A DNA stretch of 64,000 nucleotides from Octopus sinensis (GCF_006345805.1 NC_043012.1:13888001-13952000); one strand, 5' to 3'; shown: positions 1 to 14,577, counted from the stretch's first letter. Numbers and translations are program-made. The notes: generated by a model from the letters alone, not told the origin.

Positions 1-60
1 ATATATATATATGTATATATATGTATATATATATATATATGTATAATATGTGTATATATA

Positions 61-106
<46 letters not shown>

Positions 107-155
107 GTATTATATATATATATATTGTATATATATATATATGTACATATATATG

Positions 156-220
<65 letters not shown>

Positions 221-260
221 GCATATACACGCACACACATACATATATAAACATATATAT
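1..260. repeat. (AT)n compound microsatellite
   Basis: Near-pure AT dinucleotide run with GT/AC interruptions; the YIYI ORFs here are artefacts. Confidence 0.97.
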
Positions 261-589
261 ATCTCTGTATTGCGTGCGTGTGCGTGTCTATGGGATTCTT
301 TATTAAATTATACGGCGAGCAATTTATTTGATTAACGTTGCGAAAACACAATTAGTTTTATAAAATGATTATGTTACACAATAATTATATTCTTCTTCAG
401 TTTCATCAAGCTGTTGGAGGTAGACAGAAGATTTTCGGAATATATATATATACGTCAATAATTACTTACTTTTCTTAATTAGAGAAACAATATTTTACAT
501 TTCTTAGGGAAAATCTCAATATTTCTTGGCTTCAACTTCGTACAAAGCAGCGACCGTCGATCATTATTTCTACTATCACCTTTGGAATC

Positions 590-825
590 AAAGAAAGTAC
601 AGAACATGTTATGCCCATCGCTGCTGGGAAAACAAGGATGAAACATCCAGCGATTTCCGGCAATGGAAACTAACGCTTGGACATACAGTTATCGGTGTTC
701 CAATACGAACATATATAGATCAACTTGTGGAAATCAATGGATATCCGGTTGAGGATATGAAGACTGCTATGGAAAATAAAGACATTTGGCGTAAAAGAAT
801 TGCAGTGATTCATACAAATCAATAG
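590..825 (+). mobile_element. RTE-clade LINE 3' fragment (ORF C-terminus, decayed)
   Basis: RKYRTCYAHRCWENKDETSSDFRQW...GVPIRTYIDQLVEINGYPVEDMKTAMENKDIWRKRI resembles the RTE C-terminal motif RLRFAGHCWR..GRP..TYIDQL..AM.DR..WR. Confidence 0.7.
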
Positions 826-2156
826 ACAAATACACAATCTTGAAACTATTTGATATGCATCATGGATACCAGTCGTTTTCCACTGATGTAACTGTTATAT
901 GTGGTGTTGTAATTTCGGTTGGGTATAATGATATAAGTCCGTAAACTTTTGAAAGTCTATATTAAATTATGAGTAGCACACAGTTCGCAGCAGAAACGTA
1001 AATTTTATAGTGTGTGGCTACTATTTTCCCTGGCTTAAAAATTATTTTATCGTTTCCTTTTGCGGAACCCATACGTTTCTTGTCACAAACAAGCCTACAC
1101 CGGCTTCCAAGTGGTGGTGGTGATATTGGTGATGGTTTGGGGATAGAAGCACAAAATAAACACAGAGACACAACGTGTATGTGTGTGTTTATGTGTGTGT
1201 GAGTAAAATTTTTCGTAAAAGATAAAATCTTTAGTTTTCAGTCATTTACATCCAAATAAACGAACACATGCTTCTAGTGATTTATAAGACGTGATTGGAT
1301 GGGCTATGTTGTTCGATTCATCTACTTTTAGGATCAATAAACGCATGTATATATTAAAACAATTCAAATAATAAAATTCAAATGAGGTAAGAATTCTATT
1401 CGAGTACATAATGATGGCATAAAACCATAAGAAACGTGTATGTGCGCGGAGATGCATGTAACCGAGGGAGATTAAAAATTGTAAATACCAAATATCATGA
1501 AAGGTAAAAGTCAGTTGTTTGGCGAGGGAGACAATCGAAAATATGATGAATACTAGCTCCAACTTTGGGGTCACAACTATAAGCCTTGTTAAATAGCTGG
1601 TTAATCTTCAGGCCTTTGGTGTGAATGATTTGCATTGATTCATGCAAGTCTATAGACAAATAGGCAATCTTGAAAATATGTCATGTGCATCATGGATACC
1701 ACTGGAGACTGTTATTCACGAGAGAGAGAGAGAGAGAAAGAGAGGGAGAGAAAGAGAGAGAGAGAGAGACTTTTATTCAGTTTGTGATGAAACGCACTCC
1801 ACTCGCAGAATACTATATATTATACGGAAAAATGTGTGTCATTAGCCAGCTGGAAGAGATGTCTTTCTGGATCTCTAAACGACAGTAGCACCGTCCTGTA
1901 TAGGACGCCACACTTGGTTGGCAATTATATGTTACGATTCCTCATTGCTAGAGTTTACATCTCGCTCAGAGATTTAACGTAGCTAATGATATCAAGATTT
2001 AGCCCTAAATTCTTACTGAAACTTATACATGAATGAATGCGGTAATTCGTCAGCCGGAGTGGAACCACCGTCGGTAATTGATTACCTCTACAAGTCACAC
2101 CTATAACATTTGGTTTTTACGGTTCCATATACGTTTTTGTTCCATCTCTTCGTTCC

Positions 2157-2195
<39 letters not shown>

Positions 2196-2859
2196 ATACA
2201 TACACAAAAGAGCGTGCGCACACACATACATATATGTGTATATATTGTTGATTTGATATATTCTTGTGGCATTTCCACAAACCAGACATCACCATCCACC
2301 AGCAAAGTCAATTAACAGTGCACATTTTTACAATAGTTGGATTATTGAGATAACATGAATACCGCTCTTTGAGTTTCTGTGCTTAGTAACTAGTGAAAGG
2401 CAGAAGCGGGATGACCAGTAATTCCATGAGATCGCTGATTTATAACCGAGTATATCTCTTCTAGACGGATGATTTTATAACCCCTAGGAATCTTTCACTC
2501 CAGCAGATTTACTGCGCGCCCTGACAGCACTCAATGGTATCCATCCATCTCCGCTCTCAGGTGGATTGTTATCATATATGCTAGTGAACGTGATGCTCTG
2601 GATCGGGAGCACCAGCGCTTTGCAACGTGTGGAAGCACCTCTTAGAGTGTGTGTGCGTTTAAATACCTTTATGAAGAGTTCATGTCTGAATTACCACAAG
2701 TAGATATTAAGATTCACAGGAATTTTAATTACTTTTGTCAGTGAACCTTTCGCGGTCTCAAAGCGACGAAACTGTTTGGGAAATTTAATCTAAATGTTGA
2801 AGTGACTTTAATGTTATTTGTTTGTTTTTAATTGGCTTATAAACACCTTCCACGATGCA

Positions 2860-3365
<506 letters not shown>

Positions 3366-3944
3366 TAGAGAAAGAAAGAATTGGCAACAGAGAAAGAGTG
3401 TACTTATGTGTGTGTGGGCGACTCACTTTTGTTCATTTGTTTACAAGATAGACATGTTTTACAAACCAAAAATTTTAGACAGTCTTTGACGAACAAAGAC
3501 TAGAATTTGAAAGGAAATGTCTCCAGAACAAAAGGATTGAATGGAATGTCTATTGAAATATGAAACTTATTGATACGTTGCTGGGGAGGAAAAAATATCT
3601 ATTTCATATATCGAGACGGATTTTCGTTGATTTTTGTCTACTGGTGTGACAAAACATCAGTACACGCTGCTTAAAAACACTGGTCACAAACATATTAACT
3701 CGTAGGCGTTAATCACTGGGAAATAAGTTTTACTACACGTTCGCTTCAGTATTTCGAGTGTTCAAATAACTGTGTGCAATTCATATTTCCATATATACAT
3801 ATATAAACTAGCACACACAGACACACACACATGAACGCAAACAGAGTGAAGAAATATCATACCCTCTCACTTAGAAATATCTTATGATCGATGATCAGAC
3901 AGCAGTGAAGACACCACTGGCTGATTTTCTGTTACGCAATTTTA

Positions 3945-3969
3945 TATACATACTTATATATATAATATA

Positions 3970-4036
<67 letters not shown>

Positions 4037-4037
4037 C

Positions 4038-4119
<82 letters not shown>

Positions 4120-4120
4120 C

Positions 4121-4187
<67 letters not shown>

Positions 4188-4219
4188 CATATATATATAC
4201 ATGTATTTATATATCTATG

Positions 4220-4256
<37 letters not shown>

Positions 4257-4290
4257 ATGTGTGTGTGTGTGTGTGTTTATATATATATGT
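3945..4290. repeat. (AT)n/(GT)n compound microsatellite
   Basis: Direct inspection. Confidence 0.97.
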
Positions 4291-4399
4291 AGGTTCTCTA
4301 CTGTTTTTATATATTTGAAGTCTTCCCCCAAAGAAAATCTCGGGTTCCAACATGAATTCAAAGTTTCATCGTCGGAATCTAGATAACAAAGAGAAAAAA

Positions 4400-4800
4400 T
4401 CATATTTTAAACTTGGGAAACCTTTTGCCTAAGTTTACTCTTCAACTTACAGATTGTCAAGTTCGAATTCTCAGGTGCATCTTTTTTTTTTTCCTGAAAA
4501 CTCTAACTTTTCTGGATCGTCGCTTACCCATGCTGTACCAAAAGCAAATCCACCAATGTTAATAGGTAAAAATGTGAATTTATGATCTGCATATAGAAGC
4601 TCGAAGATACGAAGCAACTGTCCGCAATTATCCTTCTTCTCTTTGGTTTTCGAAGAAGTTTTCGCATAAGCCGGGATGCTGTGCAGTACGGCAGTACTTG
4701 TATTTATATGTTGGTAGATAACCGTTTTTAGTCTATTGTAGATAAACATGAGATATGATGTCTTACCTAAATGCCTGGTAGTCTTTCAGAAATATTCTCA
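4400..4800 (-). mobile_element. Decayed REL-endonuclease non-LTR retrotransposon C-terminal fragment (R2/NeSL-like)
   Basis: KEKKDNCGQLLRIFELLYADHKFTFLPINIGGF resembles the EK..NYGPL.R..Q..YP.YKF..IPII.GALG motif. Confidence 0.5.
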
Positions 4801-5736
4801 CTGTTAACAATATTCAAGCTAATGCTTTCTTTGTTGGGCTTTGCATCGTCTACGCTTGATGACAGCTTAAAATATTTTAACTTTTGGGTAGAAGGCAATT
4901 AATGGAGTTCTTTTATTACTGTATTTTATGGAAATAGGACTAAGGATTATGTGCTTTGAATTGGCCTATGTCTTTACATATGTATATGTGTATGTATAAA
5001 TATAAAATTGTTGCTCGAAAACGGTAAAACAGGTTAGGAACTGGAAAGTAGAATATATAATATGCTAATCATTAATTACTCATATTTCAGGTTGTGGTAT
5101 GACATGTCTGTCAGTATTAGTTACAATCACGAACGTTTTAAGCACGAAATGAACCGTTTAAATACAAGCTATGAAACGCATATTGTCGAATCTAACTTCC
5201 ACTTATAGTCACGAACTGTTTGTTGTGAACTGAAACACACCAATCTCATGTACTAAATACTTAAATACATTGACAAATGATCATATTTGTGTACATTTTT
5301 AATTGCTCACTCAAAATGTGCGTGTATGCATGTCTAAATGTATATGTTTCAGAGTGTATTTGCGCTTAAGAGAGGGGGTGGAATCTGAATAGGGAAGAAA
5401 AGCTGTACAACAGCGAATGTGTGGTGTGTGTGTGTTCGTGAATGAGTTTTATAGGTGTTTCTAAAGGAAAATAGGCCATTTCGATCACTTAATGGACATA
5501 TGAGATACCATTCAAGCAAATAAGATCGTTTATTTCTAACAGCGCATCATCGCATGCACAGAAAATCGTCGATAATCTCACGGATACATATGTAGTATCA
5601 ATTTCAATAAATAGTTAATTGCATTCACTGACAAAGAGTGATAAATGCGGTTCTCCTTTCTTTTCCACTGGAAACCGAGCAGAATAGGATATTGCAGCTT
5701 TGCAAACTACCCAGGAAAATTAACTTCAAAATAAAT

Positions 5737-6380
5737 TACCAACTGGTGAATATTAACTAGCTTTCACTACCAACTGGTGAATATTAACTAGCTTTCACTA
5801 CCAACTGGTGAATATTAACTACTTTCATTTCACACTACCACTGGTGAATATTAACTAGCTTTCACTACCAACTGGTGAATATTAACTAGCTTTCACTACC
5901 AACTGGTGAATTTACTAGCTTTCACTACCACTGGTGAATAATATAACTAGCTTTCACTACCAACTGGTGAATATTAACTAGCTTTCACTACCAACTGGTG
6001 AATATTAACTAGCTTTCACTACCAACTGGTGAATATTAACTAGCTTTCACTACCAACTGGTGAATATTAAACTGTGGCTGACTAGCTTTCACTACCAACT
6101 GGTGAATATTAACTAGCTTTCACACTACCAAATGGTGAATTAACTGCTTTCACTACCAACTGGTGAATATTAACTAGCTTTCACTACCAACTGGTGAATA
6201 TTAACTAGCTTTCACTACCAACTGGTGAATATTAACTAGCTTTCACTACCAACTGGTGAATATTAACTAGCTTTCACTACCAACTGGTGAATATTAACTA
6301 GCTTTCACTACCAACTGGTGAATATTAACTAGCTTTCACTACCAACTGGTGAATATTAACTAGCTTTCACTACCAACTGG
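5737..6380. repeat. 31-bp minisatellite, about 21 copies
   Basis: Head-to-tail unit CTAGCTTTCACTACCAACTGGTGAATATTAA, no spacers, a few indel variants. Confidence 0.97.
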
Positions 6381-6699
6381 ATGAGCCCCACCAGTATTTC
6401 TACATCTACATACAACAGTTAATTGCTATTCCAGGGCCTGTTGTAAAATGTTCTGTTGTTGTTAAGCTTCAGTAGAGCCAACGTGATTTGCGATCAATGA
6501 TTTTCGATATCCTATGCTCCATCATCTTCATTGAGACTTCGTATATGTAAGATGGAAGCAAATATAGTAACCTCATTTCTCATGGACATTTGAATGATTC
6601 GAATAAGACTTTGCAGCTATTTCTGGAAGGTTAAATGACCACGTAGATATATCTTATTTGACTCAACAGTCTATGTGTGTGTATTTGTGATTACACGTA

Positions 6700-6936
<237 letters not shown>

Positions 6937-6937
<1 letters not shown>

Positions 6938-7357
6938 GGCGCAGGAGTGGCTGTGTGGTAGGAGCTTGCTAACCAACCACATGGTTGCGGGTTAAGTCCC
7001 ACTGCGTGGCATCTTGGGCAAGTGTCTTCTGCTATAGCCCCAGGCCGACCAATGTCTTGTGAGTGGATTTGGTAGACGGAAACTGAAAGAAGCCTGTCGT
7101 ATATATGTATATATATATATGTATGTGTGTGTATGTGTTTGTGTGTCTGTGTTTGTCCCCTAGCATTGGTTGACAACCGATGCTGGTGTGTTTACGTCCC
7201 CGTCACTTAGCAGTTCGGCAAAAGAGACCGATAGAATAAGTACTGGGCTTACAAAGAATAAGTGCCGGGGTCGATTTGCTCGACTAAAGGCGGTGCTCCA
7301 GCATGGCCGCAGTCAAATGACTGAAACAAGTAAAAGAGTAAAAGAGAAAAGAGTATA
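6937..7357 (+). mobile_element. tRNA-derived SINE, family A, full length
   Basis: Head GGCGCAGGAGTGGCTGTGTGGT with B-box-like GGTTAAGTCCC, internal microsatellite, tail CAGCATGGCC...CTGAAACAAGTAAAAGAG; related copies at 8421, 15145 and 37810. Confidence 0.9.
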
Positions 7358-7599
7358 TATATATATATATATACATATGGTGAAGGCCCGTCGATAGGGT
7401 TGCCTTGGGTTTCCAGTCCTTAAAGGGTTTAACTTTATTGGATATATAAGTCATATATCGTATTACAATAGCGGCAGCTCTTCAAATGCATATTACTATT
7501 TTCTTATATTCTTTCTTAACTACCTACAAAATAAGAGAAAAAAGTTAAAATACAATATAACAACATGTAGTCCTTCGAAGGAACATTAGGGCCGTCGCC

Positions 7600-8290
7600 G
7601 AGACATGCGGTGCGGTACTGTCTCCCATCTTCCGTGGTGGATTGTGAGATCTCAGGAATTTAAGTTTCACTGTTCTATTCATGATCTTAAGCTTCACATT
7701 TTTTCCTGTCTGATACTTATTTTGAATTTAACAATCCCTTTGAAAATAATCGTTTCCAAGCTCTTAAGTCTATGCCATCTCATTCTTCTCACATTGACTT
7801 TTGTAAAAAGCACACCTGCTTATTCGTGCTTCACGTGGAGGATGCGTATAATTTAGTAGTATCTGGTTATTTGCTGTACCTGTATCTCTCTTTCCGTCTT
7901 TTCAATGTGGATCCACGTCCCACATACATTAAGAGAGAGTGATATTGTTTATTAATGCACGCATGTGTCAGGTCATGTTATTCATATTCATGTCTCTGAT
8001 GCTGCACGTGGGAGACGTTGGTACGCGCAGTCAATCTATGTGTGGCTTTCGATCTCAAATATCCCTGATTTCCTCTAGATATTCATAGTGCTAGACAATA
8101 TCTAGCTTAATCAAAAAAGTCAATTCACCCAACGGATGTTTACTTCCTGCTGGTCTGTCACTGAAGTTAGCAATGTTTGGTCTTGTGATGTTTCTTCCTC
8201 GCATATTGACACGGTTTTCCAAGCCATCGCAGAGGATCAGATCCAGTAAGTCGTTGAAGTGAGTGACAGGGAGAAAGTAGCTTTGAATAA
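7600..8290 (-). mobile_element. Possible highly decayed Penelope-like GIY-YIG fragment
   Basis: Minus strand gives MYVGRGSTLKRRK, similar to the YIG.T...L..R motif; many stops. Confidence 0.3.
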
Positions 8291-8420
8291 CACCTACTGT
8301 GTTACAAAGCCAAAATCTGAAAATATTTTGTCTAGTTCGAGCCTGGCTGCCTTCTTATGAAAATCTTATTTATCATGAATGGACTTTGGGATGCATAATA
8401 AAATTTCACTTTCGGTCAAC

Positions 8421-8550
8421 CAAATCCACTCACAAGATTTGGTCGGCACAAGGCTATATTCGAAGACACTTGCCCAAGCTTCTACACAGTGGAACTGAGC
8501 CCGGAACCATATTCTTGAGAAGCAAGTTTCTTACCGCAGAGCCACGCCAT
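8421..8550 (-). mobile_element. SINE family A 5' fragment
   Basis: Reverse complement of the head of the 6937 copy. Confidence 0.8.
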
Positions 8551-9036
<486 letters not shown>

Positions 9037-10477
9037 CTCTTTCTCTTTTCTCTTTTACTTGTTTCAGCCATCCGGCTGAGGCCATGCTGGGGCACCGCCC
9101 TTGTTGCTACCCTCTCTAAGTCCAGTTTGCCGTGGCTGGCCACTGATCTAAGAGAGAGTTTGTAAGCTGCTGCCCTTAGGTTACCTTCGTACCTTGCAGT
9201 GGGTTCATCTGGGATCCCGGAAAGCAGCTTGTCTAGATGTTTTTTGAAAATGTCCACATCCGCATCATGTAGCTCTTAGTTTTCTTGGCAGTTTGTTGAC
9301 AGCTGAGGGCCCCTGAACCCCAGGCTATTACAGTATCTGCTCCTTACCCTGGATGTGGAAGACGGGACCTTTGGCACAACACAGTGACGTCCTGTACGGG
9401 GATTGGAACAGCTCTCAATTCCAAAATTTGTGTGCTAGTCCCTCCAGGATTTTCCATATGTATATCACTGCATATCTCTCTCGTCTTCGTCCAAGGAGTA
9501 CAAATTGAGTTCCCTAAGCCTCTCCCAATAGTTCTTTTCTTTCATGGTGGAAATCCTCTTGGTGAAATGTCTTTGGATTGTCTCAAGCTCTGTGGTTAGT
9601 TTGACACTATGCGGTGACCACAGTTGGGAGCAGTAGTCCAGGCGGCTTAGGACAAATGTCCTCCATAGTGTCAACATGGTCTCGCAGTCTCTTGTCCGGA
9701 ATGTCCTCAGGATCCAGCCAGTGAGTCGTCTGCACATTGTCGCCACCTTCGCGATGTGTGAAGAAAAGATGCATCGTCACTCATGTCTATCCCCAGGTCC
9801 CGTATTGATTTCGATACTGGGATTTCGATCCCTCCTGGACCAGTATAGTTGTGTTGTAATGTATATGTGTTTACAGCTTGATATTGTAAGGCTTGAAATT
9901 TACCAGCATTAAATTGCATGTTGTTGTCTTCAGCCCATTTGTATATGGCATCCAGATCTTGTTGTAAAAGGTCAGCATCAGCTGGGTTTTTGATTGCCTG
10001 TGCTACCTTTTTGTCATCAGCATAGCTAGTGAGGGATGTTGTTTGTGCTACCAACAGCAAGGGTCCCAAGACTGTGCCCTGTGGCACCCCGCTTGCTATT
10101 GGTGTCTTTCCCGAGAGGGCTCCATTGGCTGCAACCATCTGGCTTCTGTCCTTCAGGAAGTCATGTATCCACTCACCTACTTTTCCTGTTATGCCGAGTC
10201 TGAGTAATTTGTGACATATCACTCCGTGGTCGACTTTGTCAAAGGCCTTCGCAAAGTCGAGATATACCACATCCACCTGTGAGCGATCCAGTAGTTGTTT
10301 CAGTACCCAGTCGTAGTGTGTTGTAACAGCTGCGTAAGGCAGCTTCTTCCTGGGCGAAAGCCATGCTGTGTGTCAGTGAGACGGTTAGTTTCTTCGAGGA
10401 ACGTGATCAGTTTTTTTCTGATGATTCGTTCCATGACCTTACTTATGTGTGACGTCAGGGAGAACTGGCCTGTAGTT
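9037..10477 (-). mobile_element. 5'-truncated CR1/L2-type LINE: RT pseudo-ORF plus 3' tail
   Basis: [82 protein letters not shown]; frameshifts and deletions; tail GAAACAAGTAAAAGAGAAAAGAG. Confidence 0.95.
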
Positions 10478-10599
10478 TATATATATATATAGTATATATA
10501 TATATATTATATTTATATATATATATGTATATATTATATAATATATTATATATATATATATATATTATATATACATATATACATATATATATATATTAC

Positions 10600-10640
<41 letters not shown>

Positions 10641-10698
10641 CATATATACATATATATATATGTACAATAATATAATATATATATATAATATATTATAC

Positions 10699-10748
<50 letters not shown>

Positions 10749-10800
10749 TGATTAAGTCTTTCCTTGTTTGTTTTGCAAAATAGTGGTTTTGTCTCTAATA

Positions 10801-10866
<66 letters not shown>

Positions 10867-10867
10867 G

Positions 10868-10924
<57 letters not shown>

Positions 10925-10951
10925 TGTATATTATAATATAGTATATATGTA

Positions 10952-10980
<29 letters not shown>
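10478..10980. repeat. (AT)n microsatellite with an embedded ~55-bp cassette at 10745-10800
   Basis: The cassette is the reverse complement of 36838-36895. Confidence 0.9.
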
Positions 10981-10982
<2 letters not shown>

Positions 10983-11290
10983 ACAAAAATCAACATAGAT
11001 GACAGATATTCGTAGGCGAATTTTCTTTATCATGGGAATACAAAATACATAAAAAATTCATCGAGATTTAAGGCTTCATGCGCTCCAATATTACAATCCA
11101 AAGAAAAGCAGAATTACAAAACCTTATGATCGTTTCAAAGAGTGCGTTTGTAGTGGGCGATTTTTCCAGCCGATACAAATAGTTGCGTTTCTCTCATCAG
11201 AGGTACAAATAAATCGAATACAATAGTTTAAAAATTGAGAATGCTTAGGATATATCCTACTTACAAAACTTGAAGTAATATCGAGAAATG
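10979..11290 (-). mobile_element. Penelope-like pseudo-LTR, inverted copy
   Basis: Reverse complement aligns by eye with 12504-12803; contains a hammerhead motif. Confidence 0.75.
11121..11204 (-). ncRNA. Minimal type I hammerhead ribozyme motif (degenerate)
   Basis: Minus strand reads ACCT-CTGATGA-[long stem II with TTTGTA/TACAAA]-GAAA-CGATCA-TA-AGGT; stem I ACCT/AGGT; one G>A change in stem III. Confidence 0.6.
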
Positions 11291-11399
11291 GGATATTTAG
11301 GTATCCTAACATGTATGATAATAATAATAACAACAACAGCAACATCAATAATAATAATAATGATGATGATGATGATGATAACAGTAACACCAACAAAGT

Positions 11400-12010
11400 C
11401 AAACTGGAAGTAGAAATGCGAGAAAACGGGAAGTTTATGATTTAACCCCTCTTTTTCCCTGCAGGTTAAAAATCTCCATAAGATATTTTTTTAATATCAT
11501 CGATAAGGATATCCCTGTGGCTCATAAATACCGGTGTATCTTTAATAGAACCTGTCAAAAACATTCAAACCTAATTACACCTAATTTAGGATCAATAATT
11601 CCAGAAAACAATGCGTTCAAGCTTGGAAATAACGAGAATATGGGCAGCTACAATACGAGTAGGATTAATAATAACATAGATAAAGAACGCACTGAGATGA
11701 GAAACCAAAAATAAAAGCCTACAATTAATTGAACCGCAATTTCTGTCCATTATGGAGTCCCGAACCCGGGGAAAAAACGCAACAGCACTGGTTACATATA
11801 TTAACAAACTAAAAATGCGAGATAAGGAATTTAGATAGACTGGTTGATCATAACGGAATCCACCCCATGTAAAACGTATACTGGAAGATGTAACTTATGT
11901 ACGAACAATGCAGTTAGTATAATTTTTGCAACAAGAAAATTCCAATTAATAAGATATCGGACGTTATAAATGCATGTAGGTATAAAAATTTTGCTACATT
12001 TAAGTTTTTA
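11400..12010 (+). mobile_element. Penelope-like element ORF C-terminal fragment (linker to GIY-YIG region)
   Basis: (W)FNPSFSLQVKN..KIFF/FNIIDKDIPVAHKYRCIFNR...TPNLGSII matches the PLE WFNPPF...FNRNT.K.SYSC.PN motif; later GRCNLCT and INACRYK. Confidence 0.8.
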
Positions 12011-12503
12011 AAAAGTAGAAAGGATAGAATCCGAACTTATGAACATCGACTTACCTTAATAAAATAATACTTTCCTCCAGTTTGGTTAGATTTGATCAAC
12101 TTAATATTTAAGCGTAAAATTCTTTATACATTGACATCTTAGTAATTTACGGGCTTAGCGTCGCATTCGAACCTATTAACCTGCTATATATAAGTTGTAA
12201 GTTAACGATCATTATAAATTGTAAATCACAAATATCAGTCAATTTTTAGGCCGTTCTCACTAACATTCTGCATATATGGATTCACCTTACTTTAATTATT
12301 TACTATCTTTAACTATCAGCAATCCAACTGCCGTAAGATGTTATTTGAGTCCATATTTTATTTTATTTTGTTTTATTTTACAAATATTTTAATTTTCACT
12401 TTCATTCGCGCACATATTTTACTTCACAACGTTTTCCACTCCACAAAGCATTTCTATATCCTTGTGAACTTTTTAAAAATACTATAACACTTTTTTAAAA
12501 ATG

Positions 12504-12803
12504 TGTTTCTCGATCTGACTTCAAGCTCTGTAAGTAGGAAATATTTTAAGCTTTCTCAATTTTTAAACTATTTTAGTCGATTTATTTTATTTTAAGAGAA
12601 ATGCCGCTATTTGTATCAGCTGGAAACCAATACAAACGCACTCCTCGAAATAATCGTAAAGTTTTGTAAAACTGGTTTTCTTTGGATTGTCGTATTGGAG
12701 CGCTTGAAACCTAACATCTCGATGATTTTTTATGTATTTTTTATTTCCATCATAAAGGAACTTGACCTACGAAAACCTGTCATCCACTTCGACTTTTGTT
12801 ATA
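12504..12803 (+). mobile_element. Penelope-like pseudo-LTR, direct 3' copy
   Basis: Homologous to the reverse complement of 10979-11290; keeps CTCGAAATAATCGTAAAG but has lost CTGATGA. Confidence 0.75.
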
Positions 12804-12868
12804 TTTTGGTCATATCAAACATTAACTAGGTGCGCTGCAACAAAGGTTTTCCTAGCTTGTTATTATTC

Positions 12869-12950
<82 letters not shown>

Positions 12951-12959
12951 AAGATCCAC

Positions 12960-13600
12960 GGATTCAAAAAAGCACCCAAGGACTACAGAATTTACCTGAC
13001 TCAGCATTAAAAGTAATCAACCGCAAAAATATAGATCTCGTCTGCAAACACGGACTAGAGGACAAGCCCGAACCTTTCACACCTCACACACCCCATATCA
13101 GAATGAAGGATCACAAAGTAAAATTCACTGTGAACCTCTCCGTCCGCCTCATCTGCCCCTCCAGTTTCGATATAGGTATGATTAGCATAATTATAGTCGA
13201 TCGAATAACATCTTAACTTTACACCACTTCCTCACTAACACTCTGAACCAAAACTACTGAAGTTATCTACTGATTCAACTATCTATGCCCTAAGCAATCT
13301 TTTACATTCATATAAGTTGACATCGATCAACATATATATACCCCAGCATTTCTCATTTTCTTATTAAGAAAGCTCTAATTTTCTCCAAGGAATATTCCAA
13401 TCTATCTCGCGAAGATATTGGTATTATACCAGCAGCCCGCGGAAATATCCTATGTTTTGATGGGAAATCCTGTGCCCACGAAGATACACCCGATTTTTCC
13501 GACATCCTTATGGGAGCCAGTGACTCCACCCAAGTTACTGACCTCGTCGGATTCTTCGTACTTAATGGTCCCCATGAATAATTTCCCAACATCTCTGGAG
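12960..13600 (+). mobile_element. Penelope-like reverse transcriptase fragment
   Basis: IRMKDHKVKFTVNLSVRLICPSSFDIGMISIIIVDRI and YPSISHFLIKKALIFSK...ILMGASDSTQVTDLVGFFVLN match the PLE RT motifs ITLKDHK..CRLINP and TMGSYDGAEVCELVG. Confidence 0.85.
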
Positions 13601-13634
13601 CTGTATATAGATAGGATTATATATGAATAATAAG

Positions 13635-13992
13635 AAACATCTGCAAGATCGTCAGCGTTGTCTATCGTTTACGAAATACAATTTCTAGAACTAGATACAG
13701 GGCGCTGGAACTAGATGCTAGGCCAATGGTTTTAATCGATTAATATCAATTTCTACCCTTATTTAATTTTCAATAAAAAAAAGTTCTCTAGCCGGTAAAT
13801 TAACTGCTGTTGTTTATTAACTGCAGGGTAATTTCCGATCTCAGCGCACAAAAGTGAAGGCATTTGAAAGATATACACAAATATAATTTGTGGAGCTTTA
13901 TCCATGCTGGATTTCGGTCGAGCGCCCTGTATCTAGTTCTGGAAATTGTATTTCGTAAACGACAGACTACGCTGACGAACTTGCAGATGTTT
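13635..13992. mobile_element. Foldback MITE-like element, 72-bp inverted arms
   Basis: 13635-13706 and 13921-13992 are reverse complements with few mismatches; 214-bp spacer. Confidence 0.85.
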
Positions 13993-14199
13993 GCGTATCC
14001 ATATACGCGAATAATAACAAGTTAATCTAATTAGTACACTAGGTAATCGTTTTTTTATTTTCGTATATTTTCATTTGTCTTAATTTTAAACTTTGGTTTT
14101 TCCTGAATTTTTTCTTGAGAACACAGTCTTCATGGTAAATGGCGAGTTTGACGTCTATATCTAGTATAGAGGCTGTCCACTATTAGTGGACATTCCTCT

Positions 14200-14237
14200 A
14201 AATTTTGTATATATATAGAGAGATATAGATATATGTA

Positions 14238-14282
<45 letters not shown>

Positions 14283-14310
14283 ATATTATATATATATATG
14301 TATATATATG

Positions 14311-14367
<57 letters not shown>

Positions 14368-14370
14368 GTT
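14200..14370. repeat. (AT)n microsatellite
   Basis: Direct inspection. Confidence 0.95.
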
Positions 14371-14419
14371 TATATATTTGTTGTGCAAGATTCTTTATGT
14401 GAAGTCGTGTGTTGAAACA

Positions 14420-14577
14420 GATATTGTTATATTTCGGAATGGTCATTTTGCCAGTTTAGCCAATAAAATAAGATTAAGATTAATGTAAAAAATAAATAAC
14501 ACTGAAGCAAAGTAACACCAATATATAGTACGTGTGTTTTTATTGGCTAAACTGGCAAAATGACAATTCCGAAATAT

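Noticed and set aside
5737-6380. CRISPR array
   Set aside because: No unique spacers, no cas genes, eukaryotic context.
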